DNA of 51,838 bases, from positions 1-51,838 of the forward strand of contig CALXUQ010000004.1 in the NCBI GenBank assembly GCA_944391725.1, in the 5' to 3' direction. Below, in pieces: positions 30,317-40,470 of this stretch. Position 1 is the stretch's first letter, and every line of letters starts with the position of its first letter. The DNA is from an uncultured Alphaproteobacteria bacterium (lineage in GTDB: Bacteria; Pseudomonadota; Alphaproteobacteria; RF32; CAG-239). The notes under the pieces were generated by a model. It was not told where the DNA came from. It saw nothing but the letters and a program-made list of their open reading frames with translations, and searched no databases. A program made the position numbers and the translations under genes.

Positions 30317-30336
30317 CTCTCAAAGGAGGCCTTATA

Positions 30337-31218
30337 TTATTTTTGTTCAATTGCCAGAGTAGTAATTTTAGGTTTGGTATGAGTAAGAATACTAATCACT
30401 TTCACCAACTCATTTTTGAGTTCCTGACGTGTCACCACAATATCGACCATCCCGTGTTCTTTGAGATATTCGGCGCGTTGGAACCCTTCGGGCAATTTTT
30501 CGCGAATGGTCTGCTCAATCACGCGAGCTCCGGCAAAGCCGATAACACAACCTTTTTCGGCAATATGGACATCGCCAAGCATAGCAAAAGAGGCCGAAAC
30601 ACCACCGGTTGTCGGGTCAGTCAAAATGGAGATGAAAGGCAAGCCTTTTTCCTTAACCATATTGATAGCCGCGGTTGTGCGTGCCATTTGCATTAGAGAT
30701 AAGATACCTTCCTGCATTCTTGCTCCGCCGGATGCTGCCACAGTAATCAGCGGATAATTACCTTTGCAAGCAATTTCAGCTGCTTTAACGATTCCCTCGC
30801 CCACAGCAGTACCCATCGAACCACCCATAAAAGAGAAGTCCATCGCGGCTACTACACAATTAATTCCGCCGATTTCGCCTTGAGCCACTTTGATAGCATC
30901 ATCATTACCGGTCGCTTTGCGATAAGCCCGCAACCGATCGGTATATTTTTTGGAGTCTTTGAAGTTGAGTGGATCTTCCTTAGTTTTAGGAAGTGTAACT
31001 TCATTATATTCTCCGTTATCAAACAGCATTTTGAGGCGTTTATCAATATACAAACGCAAGTGATGTCCGCATTTAGTGCAAACATAGCTGCTTTTTTTGA
31101 GCTCTTTGGAGAACAACATCTGCCCACAATTAGGACACTTAGTCCAGAGGTTGTCGGCAATTTCTTTAGGAGTAGTTTTTTTAACTTTCGGTCGAACGAA
31201 ATCTGTAAGCCAATTCAT
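30337..31218 (-). CDS. accD: Acetyl-CoA carboxylase carboxyltransferase beta subunit
   Basis: LWTKCPNC...CTKCGHH zinc finger, FMGGSMG, SGGARMQEG, PTTGGVSAS, GFAGARVIEQT. Confidence 0.97.
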   Translation of the reverse strand: MNWLTDFVRPKVKKTTPKEIADNLWTKCPNCGQMLFSKELKKSSYVCTKCGHHLRLYIDKRLKMLFDNGEYNEVTLPKTKEDPLNFKDSKKYTDRLRAYRKATGNDDAIKVAQGEIGGINCVVAAMDFSFMGGSMGTAVGEGIVKAAEIACKGNYPLITVAASGGARMQEGILSLMQMARTTAAINMVKEKGLPFISILTDPTTGGVSASFAMLGDVHIAEKGCVIGFAGARVIEQTIREKLPEGFQRAEYLKEHGMVDIVVTRQELKNELVKVISILTHTKPKITTLAIEQK

Positions 31219-31256
31219 AATCACAAACCATATTTGTTAATACAAAAAGAAAAACC

Positions 31257-31661
31257 TTATTCTTTATCCGGAGAGTCTTTAGGTTCAGACTTAAACCAGT
31301 TTTTGAGTTTTTCCTTAAAAGAGGGTTTGGGGAGTTGAGCTTCTTTAGCTTTAATATTTTCCAAATCCTCGTGCAGGTCTTCCATTTCCCGCACCAGCCT
31401 TTGCTGTTCCTTATTAAGTTTTTTACATTGTTTTTTGTGTTGACGCAGTGCTTTTCTGACCGGAGCATAAGACATCCAAGAGAACAGATGCCCAAGGAAG
31501 AACCCGAGCAAAATGAAAAACACCACGGCCACACTTAAAGAAACCGTAACCTCAAACGCAAACGGCCACAGGCTAAAAGTTGCCAAATCATTATTTACAA
31601 AAGCAAATACCAAAATAACAATCAGTACCGGCAGTCCGATAAGCGTTTTCAGCAAAGGCAT
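31257..31661 (-). CDS. lapA: LapA-family membrane protein
   Basis: FAFVN..L.TFSLWP, second TM helix, coiled tail; directly downstream of ihfB. Confidence 0.7.
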   Translation of the reverse strand: MPLLKTLIGLPVLIVILVFAFVNNDLATFSLWPFAFEVTVSLSVAVVFFILLGFFLGHLFSWMSYAPVRKALRQHKKQCKKLNKEQQRLVREMEDLHEDLENIKAKEAQLPKPSFKEKLKNWFKSEPKDSPDKE

Positions 31662-31685
31662 ATTTTACATCCTTTCGGAGAAGGT

Positions 31686-31970
31686 TTAATTTTTCTTGTT
31701 TAAGAGTTCAAACAACTGTTTTCCGATTTTGAAGTGAGGAATTTTTCTTTCTTCCACTTTGACCTGCTCACCGGTTCTGGGATTTTTAGCCAGACGGGAG
31801 CTGCGGTTACGAACTGAGAAAGCGCCAAAGCCTCTGAACTCAACTCTTTCACCTTTAGCCAGTGCGGCAATAATGTTATCAAAGATAACGGCCACGATTC
31901 TTTCCACATCCTTAAGCATCAGGTGCGGGTTTTTAGCAGCAATTTTTTCAATTAATTCAGATTTAGTCAC
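31686..31970 (-). CDS. ihfB: Integration host factor beta subunit
   Basis: [31 protein letters not shown]; GTG start with GAGG RBS. Confidence 0.92.
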   Translation of the reverse strand: MTKSELIEKIAAKNPHLMLKDVERIVAVIFDNIIAALAKGERVEFRGFGAFSVRNRSSRLAKNPRTGEQVKVEERKIPHFKIGKQLFELLNKKN

Positions 31971-32193
31971 TTTAATTACCTCTTTAATTATCAATCCAAA
32001 ATTAAACTAACTTTTTTTAAGCAATAAATCAATATCGCAAATTACAAAAAAGCAAAATTTAATTGCATATTTATCCCATATATTTTGATAAATCAAGCCC
32101 AAACCGTACAATCATGGTTAATAAATACGGGGATAAAGTTGAGTCTCAAACCAAACAGATACAAAAAAAGCCTCCGAAAGGAGGCTCATTTAA

Positions 32194-32270
32194 TGGCGCG
32201 CCCGGCGGGATTCGAACTCACAACCTTCTGATCCGTAGTCAGATGCTCTATCCAATTGAGCTACGGGCGC
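32194..32270 (-). tRNA. tRNA-Arg(ACG)
   Basis: Cloverleaf, anticodon arm TCTGA-CTACGGA-TCAGA, GTTCGAATC T-loop, CCA end; terminator at 32163-32186. Confidence 0.95.
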
Positions 32271-32513
32271 ATCGTTTTCGTAACACAAAAGCTTTAATAC
32301 TCTTTTTTAATTTTTTTTGCAAGCAAAATTTTTAATAATTTAAAAGAATTTTAAACTATTTCGGCTAAACATTGAAAAAACAAATAAGATGTTTAAAATC
32401 CAAATAAAATTACTACTTGTTTTTTTTGGAAAAAAACATTACAAAAGAAGATGTAACAAACCAAAATCGGCACAACACAGTATTGTGTTTATGAAAAAAG
32501 GTATATCACTATA

Positions 32514-33632
32514 ATGAAAAAAACAGCAATCAGATTATCCTTAACCGCAGTCACCGCCATTTTTATGAGCGGCTGCAGCTTTACTTCCGATGCATTGTTC
32601 CCCTCTTTGTTTGGGTCTGATGAACAAGAAGAAATGATTTCTAACGGTGACTTCAAAGCAACCGGTGCGGCTCTTCCCGAACTTGGCTCCACTAATTTTG
32701 AACCGGTCGAAATTTCTGAAGGCAACAACACCGGCACTTTTGTCGGTCAAAAAGTGGTGAGCTTTCGCAACGAGTTGACTCAGTTGCAAGAATCAATCCG
32801 TGCCTATAATGAAGAACTGCAAAAAGTTCGCAGTTCGGTCATCAACAATGCCATGCAGTATCACAAAACCATCGGCACCATTGAGGCCAAGTTGCAAGTA
32901 GGTACCACTCCGGGCAACCCCCAGATGTTCACTTTGTTGCAAAGTGCACAAAACAATATCCAGACCATGAACGGCAATACCATTGCTTTAGAGCGTCTGT
33001 CGGCTAAGGTAAACTCCGATACCGCCATGACCACCTATTTGCTGGATTCCATTCGGGCCGCCTATAGTGTTTCCGGTGCAGTTGATGAAGATCACCGCCA
33101 GTTGCGGATTTTGGAAAACGAAACCAACCAAACTTCTATCCTGATTAACAGCTTGTTAGGCGAAGTTAACAGCGATATCAGTCGTCAGCGCCAATACATT
33201 GAAAGCGCCAAAAATAATATTGTCGATTTGAGCGAGGCCATTAAGGTTGGTAGCTATGGTGTCAGCAATGTTCCTTTCTCTGCTGTCAGCAACACTGTCC
33301 GCTCCAATGCATACTCCGCTCCGCGCAGTGCCGGAGTTGCCAGCGGCAAACCTTTGTTCACCGCCAAGTTCAACAAAAACAACGTCAACTATCATGAAGG
33401 TTTGCGCCAAGCCGTTCAACAAGCTCAAGCCGCCAAACCCTCAGTCAGATTTGAAGTTGTCGCTGTTTCTCCGGCGTCCGGCAGTCAAGCCAGCAAGAAA
33501 AATGCTCAAACCCATGCCGGTAACATCTTCCAAGAGATGGTTGAAATGGGCGTTGGTGCCGATCGCATCAGCCTGTCAGCCAAGACCAGCGGAGATGCTA
33601 ATAGCACAGAGGTCCAAATTTTTGTAAGATAA
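32514..33632 (+). CDS. Hypothetical lipoprotein with long coiled-coil
   Basis: MSGC lipobox; GTTPGNP and GAVDEDHRQL motifs; small C-terminal domain. Confidence 0.75.
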   Translation: MKKTAIRLSLTAVTAIFMSGCSFTSDALFPSLFGSDEQEEMISNGDFKATGAALPELGSTNFEPVEISEGNNTGTFVGQKVVSFRNELTQLQESIRAYNEELQKVRSSVINNAMQYHKTIGTIEAKLQVGTTPGNPQMFTLLQSAQNNIQTMNGNTIALERLSAKVNSDTAMTTYLLDSIRAAYSVSGAVDEDHRQLRILENETNQTSILINSLLGEVNSDISRQRQYIESAKNNIVDLSEAIKVGSYGVSNVPFSAVSNTVRSNAYSAPRSAGVASGKPLFTAKFNKNNVNYHEGLRQAVQQAQAAKPSVRFEVVAVSPASGSQASKKNAQTHAGNIFQEMVEMGVGADRISLSAKTSGDANSTEVQIFVR

Positions 33633-33649
33633 TCTATAAATTGCTGTAT

Positions 33650-33680
33650 AAAAAACCCGGAGTTTTGCTCCGGGTTTTTT
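33650..33680. terminator. Bidirectional terminator
   Basis: AAAAAACCCGGAG-TTTTG-CTCCGGGTTTTTT. Confidence 0.8.
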
Positions 33681-33703
33681 GGTAATGTGAGTTGCGCTTA
33701 ATC

Positions 33704-35059
33704 TTAATATTTTCCGGCCATGGCCTTATAAACATAGTTTTCATATTTGATAATTTGATATTTTTGCTGGATTAGCTCATCTTGGAGCGAATTTTGTTTA
33801 TGAATTGCCTCCAGATAATCTTTGAACTCAATTTTGCCGCTGTTATAACGCGTTTGATAATATTTGGTAATTTCTACGGCATTAAGATAGTTTTGTTCGG
33901 TATTGCCATAAGAGTTCAGCGCTTTGGCATAAGCGGTGTAATAATATCCCACTTCATTAACCGCTTGGTTTAGGCTGTCCTTAAAATCAACCAGTGCCAA
34001 TTGATAGTCGGCTTCCGAAATTTTGATATTGTTTTTCACCCGATTCCAATCCAAGAACGGCAAGTCAACAGAGACGCTACCGAGCACAAACGGAAAATCA
34101 AACGTGGTTCGTGCTTTGTCTGAAGAACTGCCGAGAGCTCCGTTCAGCGAAATACTCGGATACCAGTTTTTGTTTTCGGCCTCCAAATTTTTGAAAGCTT
34201 TCTCCAAACGATATTGGCTGGCTTGCAAATCCGGACGTTTAGCCAAGACCGCGAGTGGTACATCCATGTTCACGCCGAGATTTTGTTGCTCGAGCATATT
34301 TCCAAAATTAAGCACTAATTCTTGGTTGTTGAGAATGTTTTTCAGGCTGGTTTCCATTTCTTTATATTGGGTTTCAAGGCTCAGCAGTTTATTTTTTTCA
34401 GATAACAGACTTTGCTTCGATTCCAAAAATTCCAAATTATCGGTTTGACCGCTTTTATATTTTGCCTCAGTAATATTTTGAATATTCTGGTAAGTTTCAA
34501 CATTTTTCTTAGACAGCACGATTGCGTTGTTGAGATATTCCAGATTAAAGTACAAATCCACCACACTGTTGACCAGGCTGAGTTTGGCGGTTTCGCGGTC
34601 CATTAAAGTTGCCTTGAGTTCAAATTCTTGAGCATCGCGCAGGTTGCGGATTTTGCCATACAAGTCCACTTCATAATTCAGCCCGATTTCGCCGGTAAAA
34701 TTGCTGGCAAAATTGTCGTGAGTACCAATTTCTCTTTGCGAGGAAGCGCCCAAACTTCCATTCAAGGTTGGAAACAAATCCAAATTGCTCAAATTGAGGT
34801 TATAGAGTTCTTTGTTAACATTGATTGCCGCGCGAATATAATCGGGGTTATTAGTGAGCGCCATATCAATCAGGCGGTTGAGTTCGGCATTATTATATCC
34901 GCGCCACCAACTGGTATCCACGCTGTAGTTCTGTTGAGACGATTGCATATTTTGGAGCTCACTGCTCAGGTCAATAGGTTGATAAGGCAGTGAGGCGCAT
35001 CCGCACAGCAACGACAAATTCATCATCATTAACGAAGTATAGATATAATGTTTTTTCAT
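33704..35059 (-). CDS. TolC/NodT-family outer membrane efflux lipoprotein
   Basis: LCGC lipobox, WW..Y.N.ELN.LI..AL.NNPD, YEVDLYG, RPDL motifs. Confidence 0.9.
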   Translation of the reverse strand: MKKHYIYTSLMMMNLSLLCGCASLPYQPIDLSSELQNMQSSQQNYSVDTSWWRGYNNAELNRLIDMALTNNPDYIRAAINVNKELYNLNLSNLDLFPTLNGSLGASSQREIGTHDNFASNFTGEIGLNYEVDLYGKIRNLRDAQEFELKATLMDRETAKLSLVNSVVDLYFNLEYLNNAIVLSKKNVETYQNIQNITEAKYKSGQTDNLEFLESKQSLLSEKNKLLSLETQYKEMETSLKNILNNQELVLNFGNMLEQQNLGVNMDVPLAVLAKRPDLQASQYRLEKAFKNLEAENKNWYPSISLNGALGSSSDKARTTFDFPFVLGSVSVDLPFLDWNRVKNNIKISEADYQLALVDFKDSLNQAVNEVGYYYTAYAKALNSYGNTEQNYLNAVEITKYYQTRYNSGKIEFKDYLEAIHKQNSLQDELIQQKYQIIKYENYVYKAMAGKY

Positions 35060-35060
35060 G

Positions 35061-37001
35061 CTATTCACTCGCTAAAGCATCAATCGGGTTGAGGTTGGAA
35101 GCGTTTTTGGCCGGCATATATCCGAAGATAACACCGATAGCCGTCGAGCAGGCCAACGCCAAAACGATTGATGCGGTTGAGAAAATCATACCAAAATCTT
35201 GTGAAAAAGTGTTAAACCCAAATCCAATGAGCAAGGATAGACTAACCCCCATAAAACCGCCCACCAGACAAATCAGCACTGCCTCAATTAGAAACTGTTG
35301 CAAAATATCGGCTTGTTTGGCGCCGATAGCCATGCGGATACCGATTTCTTTGGTCCGCTCGGTTACAGATACCAACATAATGTTCATCACCCCGATACCA
35401 CCCACAATCAGCGAAATTACGGCAATACTGGCAATTAGAAGTTTCATGGTGTTGGTCGCACTTTCCACGGTTTGTTTAATGCTGTCGCTATTAATCATAA
35501 AGAAGTCTTTTTTACCGTGTAAAGCGGTTAAGATATGCTCAATACTTTCCTCAGCCACTTGGGAATTGACCTTATCGGAAATTTTTACCGTTATGGAGTT
35601 AATATCGCTGGTTCCGTTAATTTTATACATGGCAGTAGTATAAGGTGTCCAAATATTCATGGATTCTGAATCCGGTCCGGGGTTGCTGTTTTTCTCGGTC
35701 ACGCCGATAATTTTCAACGGCTTTTTGTTAAAAATGATAATTTCTCCGAGTGGATTCGGGTTATCTTCAAACATTTCATTTTTGGTGTTATCATCAATCA
35801 CCACTACCGAGGCCATTGAGTTCACCTCATCTTGAGTAAACACGCGGCCCTGAGCAATTTTGCGTCCCTTAACTTCAAAAAATTCGGCACCCACTCCGCT
35901 GAGCTGGGCGGTCAAAGAATAGTTCTGATACACCAAGGTACCGCTGTCAGAAACTTTGGGGGTTGAGTTATCAATAAAACTTTGTTTGGCTAAATAGTTG
36001 GAGTCGCTGACTTTTAGGGTTTTCACCCGCCCCGAACGCATATCGCCAAATCCGGTTCCGGGCATAATATCAATGGTATTAGTACCCATGGAGTTGATTT
36101 GCTCCATAATTTTGGCCTGAGAGGCATTTCCAAGCGCCACTACCGATACCACCGAGGCAATACCGATAATAATTCCGAGCATGGTTAAAAGTGAGCGCAT
36201 TTTGTTAGATATAATGGCATGCACCGACATATTAAGCGATTCCATAAACCGATATTTGAGTGTGTCCCACCGGCTGCGCTTGACATCTTCGAGTTGGTCT
36301 TGCGGCTCATAAAATTCATTAGCCTTGCGGACATCGGATACAATTTCGCCATCTTTGATTTCAATAATTCGGCTGGCCTGCGCAGCAATTTTGCTGTCAT
36401 GCGTTACCAAGATGATGGTATGCCCTTGTTGATGCAAATTTTTGATAATTTCCATCACCATTTCGCCGCTTTTGGAGTCCAAGGCACCGGTCGGCTCATC
36501 TGCCAAAATAATCTCACCGCCGTTCATCAACGCGCGTGCAATACTCACCCGTTGTTGTTGCCCGCCGGAAAGTTCGTTCGGTTTGTTGCCGAGTTTTTCG
36601 CCAAGATTAAGTTTTTTGAGCAGTTCGACTGCGCGTTTAGTTCTGGTCACCGTATTAAGCCCCAGATAAATTGCCGGCAGGGCCGCATTTTCGGTTGCTT
36701 TCAAACTGCTCAGCAAATTATAACGCTGAAAGATAAACCCAAATTTTTTGCAGCGCAAATCGGCCAGTTGGTCTTTGCTCATTTTGCCCACTTCCACTCC
36801 GCCGATTTTATAAGAGCCGGAAGTTGGCACGTCCAGACAACCAATAATATTCATCATGGTCGACTTTCCCGAACCCGATTGACCGATAATCGCCACAAAA
36901 TCGCCTTTTTCGATGGTCAAATCCACATCTTTGAGCACATGGACGCAATTCCCTTTGGTCCCGAAAAATTTGTTAATTTTTTTGAGTTCGATAATGTTCA
37001 T
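35061..37001 (-). CDS. macB: MacB-family ABC transporter (ATPase + permease)
   Basis: GQSGSGKST, LSGGQQQR, ADEPTGALD, VGGIGVMNIMLVSVTERTKEIG. Confidence 0.93.
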   Translation of the reverse strand: MNIIELKKINKFFGTKGNCVHVLKDVDLTIEKGDFVAIIGQSGSGKSTMMNIIGCLDVPTSGSYKIGGVEVGKMSKDQLADLRCKKFGFIFQRYNLLSSLKATENAALPAIYLGLNTVTRTKRAVELLKKLNLGEKLGNKPNELSGGQQQRVSIARALMNGGEIILADEPTGALDSKSGEMVMEIIKNLHQQGHTIILVTHDSKIAAQASRIIEIKDGEIVSDVRKANEFYEPQDQLEDVKRSRWDTLKYRFMESLNMSVHAIISNKMRSLLTMLGIIIGIASVVSVVALGNASQAKIMEQINSMGTNTIDIMPGTGFGDMRSGRVKTLKVSDSNYLAKQSFIDNSTPKVSDSGTLVYQNYSLTAQLSGVGAEFFEVKGRKIAQGRVFTQDEVNSMASVVVIDDNTKNEMFEDNPNPLGEIIIFNKKPLKIIGVTEKNSNPGPDSESMNIWTPYTTAMYKINGTSDINSITVKISDKVNSQVAEESIEHILTALHGKKDFFMINSDSIKQTVESATNTMKLLIASIAVISLIVGGIGVMNIMLVSVTERTKEIGIRMAIGAKQADILQQFLIEAVLICLVGGFMGVSLSLLIGFGFNTFSQDFGMIFSTASIVLALACSTAIGVIFGYMPAKNASNLNPIDALASE

Positions 37002-38192
37002 TTAGAACCTCCGCGGGCCGCGATTACTGGTTGCTTTGTCCGAAATTTCGGCTGAAGACATCCACGCCAAAATCACCTTGTCGCCCTCGTTAACTCCGGT
37101 TTTGACCTCCATATTGAGCCCGTCTGAAATTCCGGTTGTAATTTGCCGTTGTTGCACTCCGTCAGCGGTCAAAATTTCCACATATTTAGCATTTCCGTTG
37201 GTCTTAATTGCTGTGGTTGGCACGGTCAATACATTGGGCGCACTTTCAACATAAAGCACATTTTGGGTAGTCATACCGATTCTGAGTTTGCCGTCAGGGT
37301 TGGGCACTACCAAGCGTCCATAGTAGTAGATAGCCTCACCTTCATCAACCACTTCGGTATATTCATCATTAGTCAGCAAGGTGAGCCCGGGGTCAATTGA
37401 TTTAAGCGTAGTTTCATGGACGTCGTTCATATCGGCCAAAATGGTATAAGTTACCTTAATGCCGGGTTTGACATTACTGATATCCCCTTCTGAAATTTCG
37501 ATTAAGATTTCCATTTGGCTCAAATCTGCAATTTGCACAATTGTCGGCGTGTCCATGGCGGCATTAATGGTTTGCCCGACTTTAACCGGAATAGATACGA
37601 TAGTCCCGTCCAGCGGGGCCGTGATTTTGGTATAGCCCAAATTAGTTTCGGCCGTACTAAGAGAAATTTGTGTTTCTTTAACGGAAGATTCGAGCTCCGC
37701 CACCTTTGATTTTGCCGTTTCATAAGTTTCTTGGGCATTTTCAAGGTCTTCATCTGAGGCGGCATTACGTTTTTTTAGGTTTTGCAAACGCTTATATTGC
37801 TTTTCGGCAATATTAAGAGAAGTTTTTGCCGCGGTGAGCTGTGCCTCATAACTGCTGAGTTTGGCTTTGTTGATGTCCACATCATTTTGTTGGGTTGTGG
37901 AGTCAATTTCAGCAATCATCTCGCCTTTTTTAACTGTCTGTCCGATTGTGACATAAAGTTTCTCAATTTTACCTGAAACCTGAGCACCGACGGTAACGAG
38001 TTCAATAGCGCGTACTTCTCCGGTCGCATTCACCACTTTCTCGATGTTTTTGCGCACTACATCTTCAGTAATGTATGAAGTTTCCTCCGGTCTGTTCCAA
38101 TAAGCCCCGGCCGCACCGGTCAGGAAGGCTATTGCAATCAGATAAACAAACATTTTTTTATGGTTTGCTAAAAAAGACATTGTTGCTCTCAT
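37002..38192 (-). CDS. macA: MacA-family periplasmic adaptor
   Basis: VGAQVSGKI, LGYTKITAPLDGTI, GQTINA, LRIGMT. Confidence 0.9.
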   Translation of the reverse strand: MRATMSFLANHKKMFVYLIAIAFLTGAAGAYWNRPEETSYITEDVVRKNIEKVVNATGEVRAIELVTVGAQVSGKIEKLYVTIGQTVKKGEMIAEIDSTTQQNDVDINKAKLSSYEAQLTAAKTSLNIAEKQYKRLQNLKKRNAASDEDLENAQETYETAKSKVAELESSVKETQISLSTAETNLGYTKITAPLDGTIVSIPVKVGQTINAAMDTPTIVQIADLSQMEILIEISEGDISNVKPGIKVTYTILADMNDVHETTLKSIDPGLTLLTNDEYTEVVDEGEAIYYYGRLVVPNPDGKLRIGMTTQNVLYVESAPNVLTVPTTAIKTNGNAKYVEILTADGVQQRQITTGISDGLNMEVKTGVNEGDKVILAWMSSAEISDKATSNRGPRRF

Positions 38193-38335
38193 TTATCATA
38201 AGTCCATACTAAAATTCATTCACACATACTAGTAAACGATATTTTAGGTGATAATGTTCAAAATCTTATGAAAAAAGTATAAATTAGTTGGTTGTTAAAA
38301 TAGTTAGATAAAGAAAAGTATGATTTTAATACAAC

Positions 38336-38363
38336 AAAACCCTCCGCAAGAGAGGGCTTTTTT
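38336..38363 (-). terminator. Terminator after tRNA-Ser
   Basis: CCCTC..GCAAG..GAGGG stem with A/T flanks. Confidence 0.55.
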
Positions 38364-38368
38364 GTAAC

Positions 38369-38459
38369 TGGCGGATAGAGAGGGATTCGAACCCTCGGTA
38401 CCCTTTGGGGGTACACACGATTTCCAATCGTGCGCCTTCGACCACTCGGCCATCTATCC
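38369..38459 (-). tRNA. tRNA-Ser(GGA)
   Basis: Anticodon arm CACGA-TTGGAAA-TCGTG, long variable arm, CCA end. Confidence 0.95.
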
Positions 38460-38551
38460 AAGGTCTTTCAAGCTTATAGCTTAAACTAATTCATTTTGCA
38501 ATAGTTTTTTATTGAAATATTCGCAAGTTTTATTTATAACTGTGGCAGGCT

Positions 38552-38628
38552 GTCAGCGTAGCTCACCAGGATAGAGCGACGGTTTCCTAAACCGTAGGTA
38601 GCAGGTTCGAGTCCTGTCGCTGACGCCA
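38552..38628 (+). tRNA. tRNA-Arg(CCT)
   Basis: GTCAGCG/CGCTGAC acceptor stem, anticodon arm ACGGT-TTCCTAA-ACCGT, GTTCGAGTC, CCA. Confidence 0.95.
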
Positions 38629-38708
38629 TTTTTTTATCCGCACAAAAAAATACCTCCCGTTTGCATAACGAAAGGTATTTTAATTTCATAATTCATACCG
38701 GCATTAGC

Positions 38709-39284
38709 TCATACCAAGCGATATTGTCCATCATCGGAGCGGTGGATATGGATATATTCACCATTGGCAATTCGAGGTTTCTCCACCCCCAAATAAGCCA
38801 TCAGCAAAGCGATAGTCCCTCCATGAATGGCAATCCCCACACAATCATATTGTGCATTTTGAGCCAAGTTATCAAATACCTCAAAGATACGGTTCAAGAC
38901 TGCTTGTTGGGTTTCACCGCCTTCAAAGCCGATGTTAAAATCTTGGGCATTAGGGTCAATCCATCTTCCAAATACGTGGGGCCATTTTTGTCTCACTTCC
39001 TCAAAAGTCAGTCCTTCAGCCACACCATAATCAGCCTCGTGCAAATTGTTTTGCACCACCAGCGGAATCTGGCAAATTTCGGCCACTACTTGACCCGTAT
39101 GATAAGCCCGAACCAACGGACTGCTAACCACCAACTGCAAGTTTTTTTCTTTTAAGCTCTGAGCCAGAATATGCGCTTGCTCCACTCCGGTAGCGTTCAA
39201 ATCAATATTGATACGACACCCTTGCCAGATTCGTTTTTGGTTATTGTCGGTTTGCCCGTGCCTAAATACATAAAAATCCATCAT
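38709..39284 (-). CDS. Histidine phosphatase family protein
   Basis: FRHGQT, SSPLVRAYHT, L.E.DYG..EG, IHGG. Confidence 0.9.
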   Translation of the reverse strand: MMDFYVFRHGQTDNNQKRIWQGCRINIDLNATGVEQAHILAQSLKEKNLQLVVSSPLVRAYHTGQVVAEICQIPLVVQNNLHEADYGVAEGLTFEEVRQKWPHVFGRWIDPNAQDFNIGFEGGETQQAVLNRIFEVFDNLAQNAQYDCVGIAIHGGTIALLMAYLGVEKPRIANGEYIHIHRSDDGQYRLV

Positions 39285-39378
39285 TTCAAATAATTTAATG
39301 TTAAAAACTAAAATTCCCCTTCAACATATAAGACAACCCCACTATAATCAAGCAAAATCGCAGATATAAGGAGTAGCA

Positions 39379-40410
39379 ATGCATTTAGACGATAAAATAT
39401 ACGGGAAGGTCGAAGTTAACGAACCGGTATTGGTCGAAATTATCAATTCTTATGAGTTGCAACGCCTCAAAGAAATTTCCATGGCCGGATACTATCCCGG
39501 CTGTCCGGAGTTTAACAATCCCGAATATAATCGTTATAATCATAGCATTGGGGTTTTGCTGTTGTTGCGCCGCTATGGAGCTTCGCTTTCTGAACAAATC
39601 GCCGGACTAATCCACGATGTTTCGCACTCTGCCTTCTCGCACACGATTGATTATATCAAAAAAGACCAAGAAGGCGAAAAAACTCACGACGGTCAAGACA
39701 AAGTGCACGAAAGCTTTGTTATGAATTCTGGTTTAAGAGAAATTCTTGAACGCCATGGCTATGATGTGGCGTTTATTTTAGATGATAAAAATTTTCCCTT
39801 AAAAGAAAATGATTTGCCCGATGTCTGTGCCGACCGTCTGGACTATTCTGTGCGTCAGGCTTATTATGATTATCATTACCTCACTTTCGATGAGGTGAAA
39901 CAAATTTGGAATGGTTTGGTGGTTCATAACGGTTCGTTCGTGTTTAGCAATCTCAAAGCCGCTGAGCTTTACACTTGGAGTTTTTATCGCCAAAATGAGC
40001 TTTGGTGGTCAGGGCTCCCTACAGCGATTATGTTTTCAATTTCTGCGCAAATGTTTCGCCATGCCTTAAAACAATGCTATGTAACTTTAGATGATTTTTA
40101 TCACCACGGCGATGCTTGGGTGATAAATAAGCTCAAAGAATATCTGCAAAAAGATACCAAATTGGCTGAATATTATCAACTATTGCAGCGCCCGGCCACA
40201 GATTTTTGCAATCATTCGGGCGAAGGTGAGAATGAGGATACAATCTTTTGCAAAAGCCGAATTGTTAACCCCTATGTTTTGCAAGCAGACGGCAGTTTAC
40301 ACCGCTATAGTGAGTTAGATGCTGATTATAGTGTAAAAATTGCTAATTTGCCCAAGTTTAAGCAATATAGTGTCCGCCTAAGAGATAATTTAGAAAAAAT
40401 GGCCGGATAA
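39379..40410 (+). CDS. HD-domain phosphohydrolase (YwfO/SAMHD1-like type)
   Basis: LQRLK.I, RYNHSIGV, LIHDVSHSAFSH, CADRLDY; AAGGAG RBS. Confidence 0.88.
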   Translation: MHLDDKIYGKVEVNEPVLVEIINSYELQRLKEISMAGYYPGCPEFNNPEYNRYNHSIGVLLLLRRYGASLSEQIAGLIHDVSHSAFSHTIDYIKKDQEGEKTHDGQDKVHESFVMNSGLREILERHGYDVAFILDDKNFPLKENDLPDVCADRLDYSVRQAYYDYHYLTFDEVKQIWNGLVVHNGSFVFSNLKAAELYTWSFYRQNELWWSGLPTAIMFSISAQMFRHALKQCYVTLDDFYHHGDAWVINKLKEYLQKDTKLAEYYQLLQRPATDFCNHSGEGENEDTIFCKSRIVNPYVLQADGSLHRYSELDADYSVKIANLPKFKQYSVRLRDNLEKMAG

Positions 40411-40422
40411 GGTCAGAGTTAT

Positions 40423-40457
40423 AAAAAAAACACTATCTGCAAAGATAGTGTTTTTTT
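40423..40457. terminator. Bidirectional terminator
   Basis: AAAAAAAACACTATCT-GCAA-AGATAGTGTTTTTTT. Confidence 0.8.
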
Positions 40458-40470
40458 GATTTAGTAAATG

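Noticed and set aside
32063-32335. ORFs overlapping tRNA genes (also 38258-38461 and 45070-45273)
   Set aside because: Spurious translations of tRNA or repeat sequence
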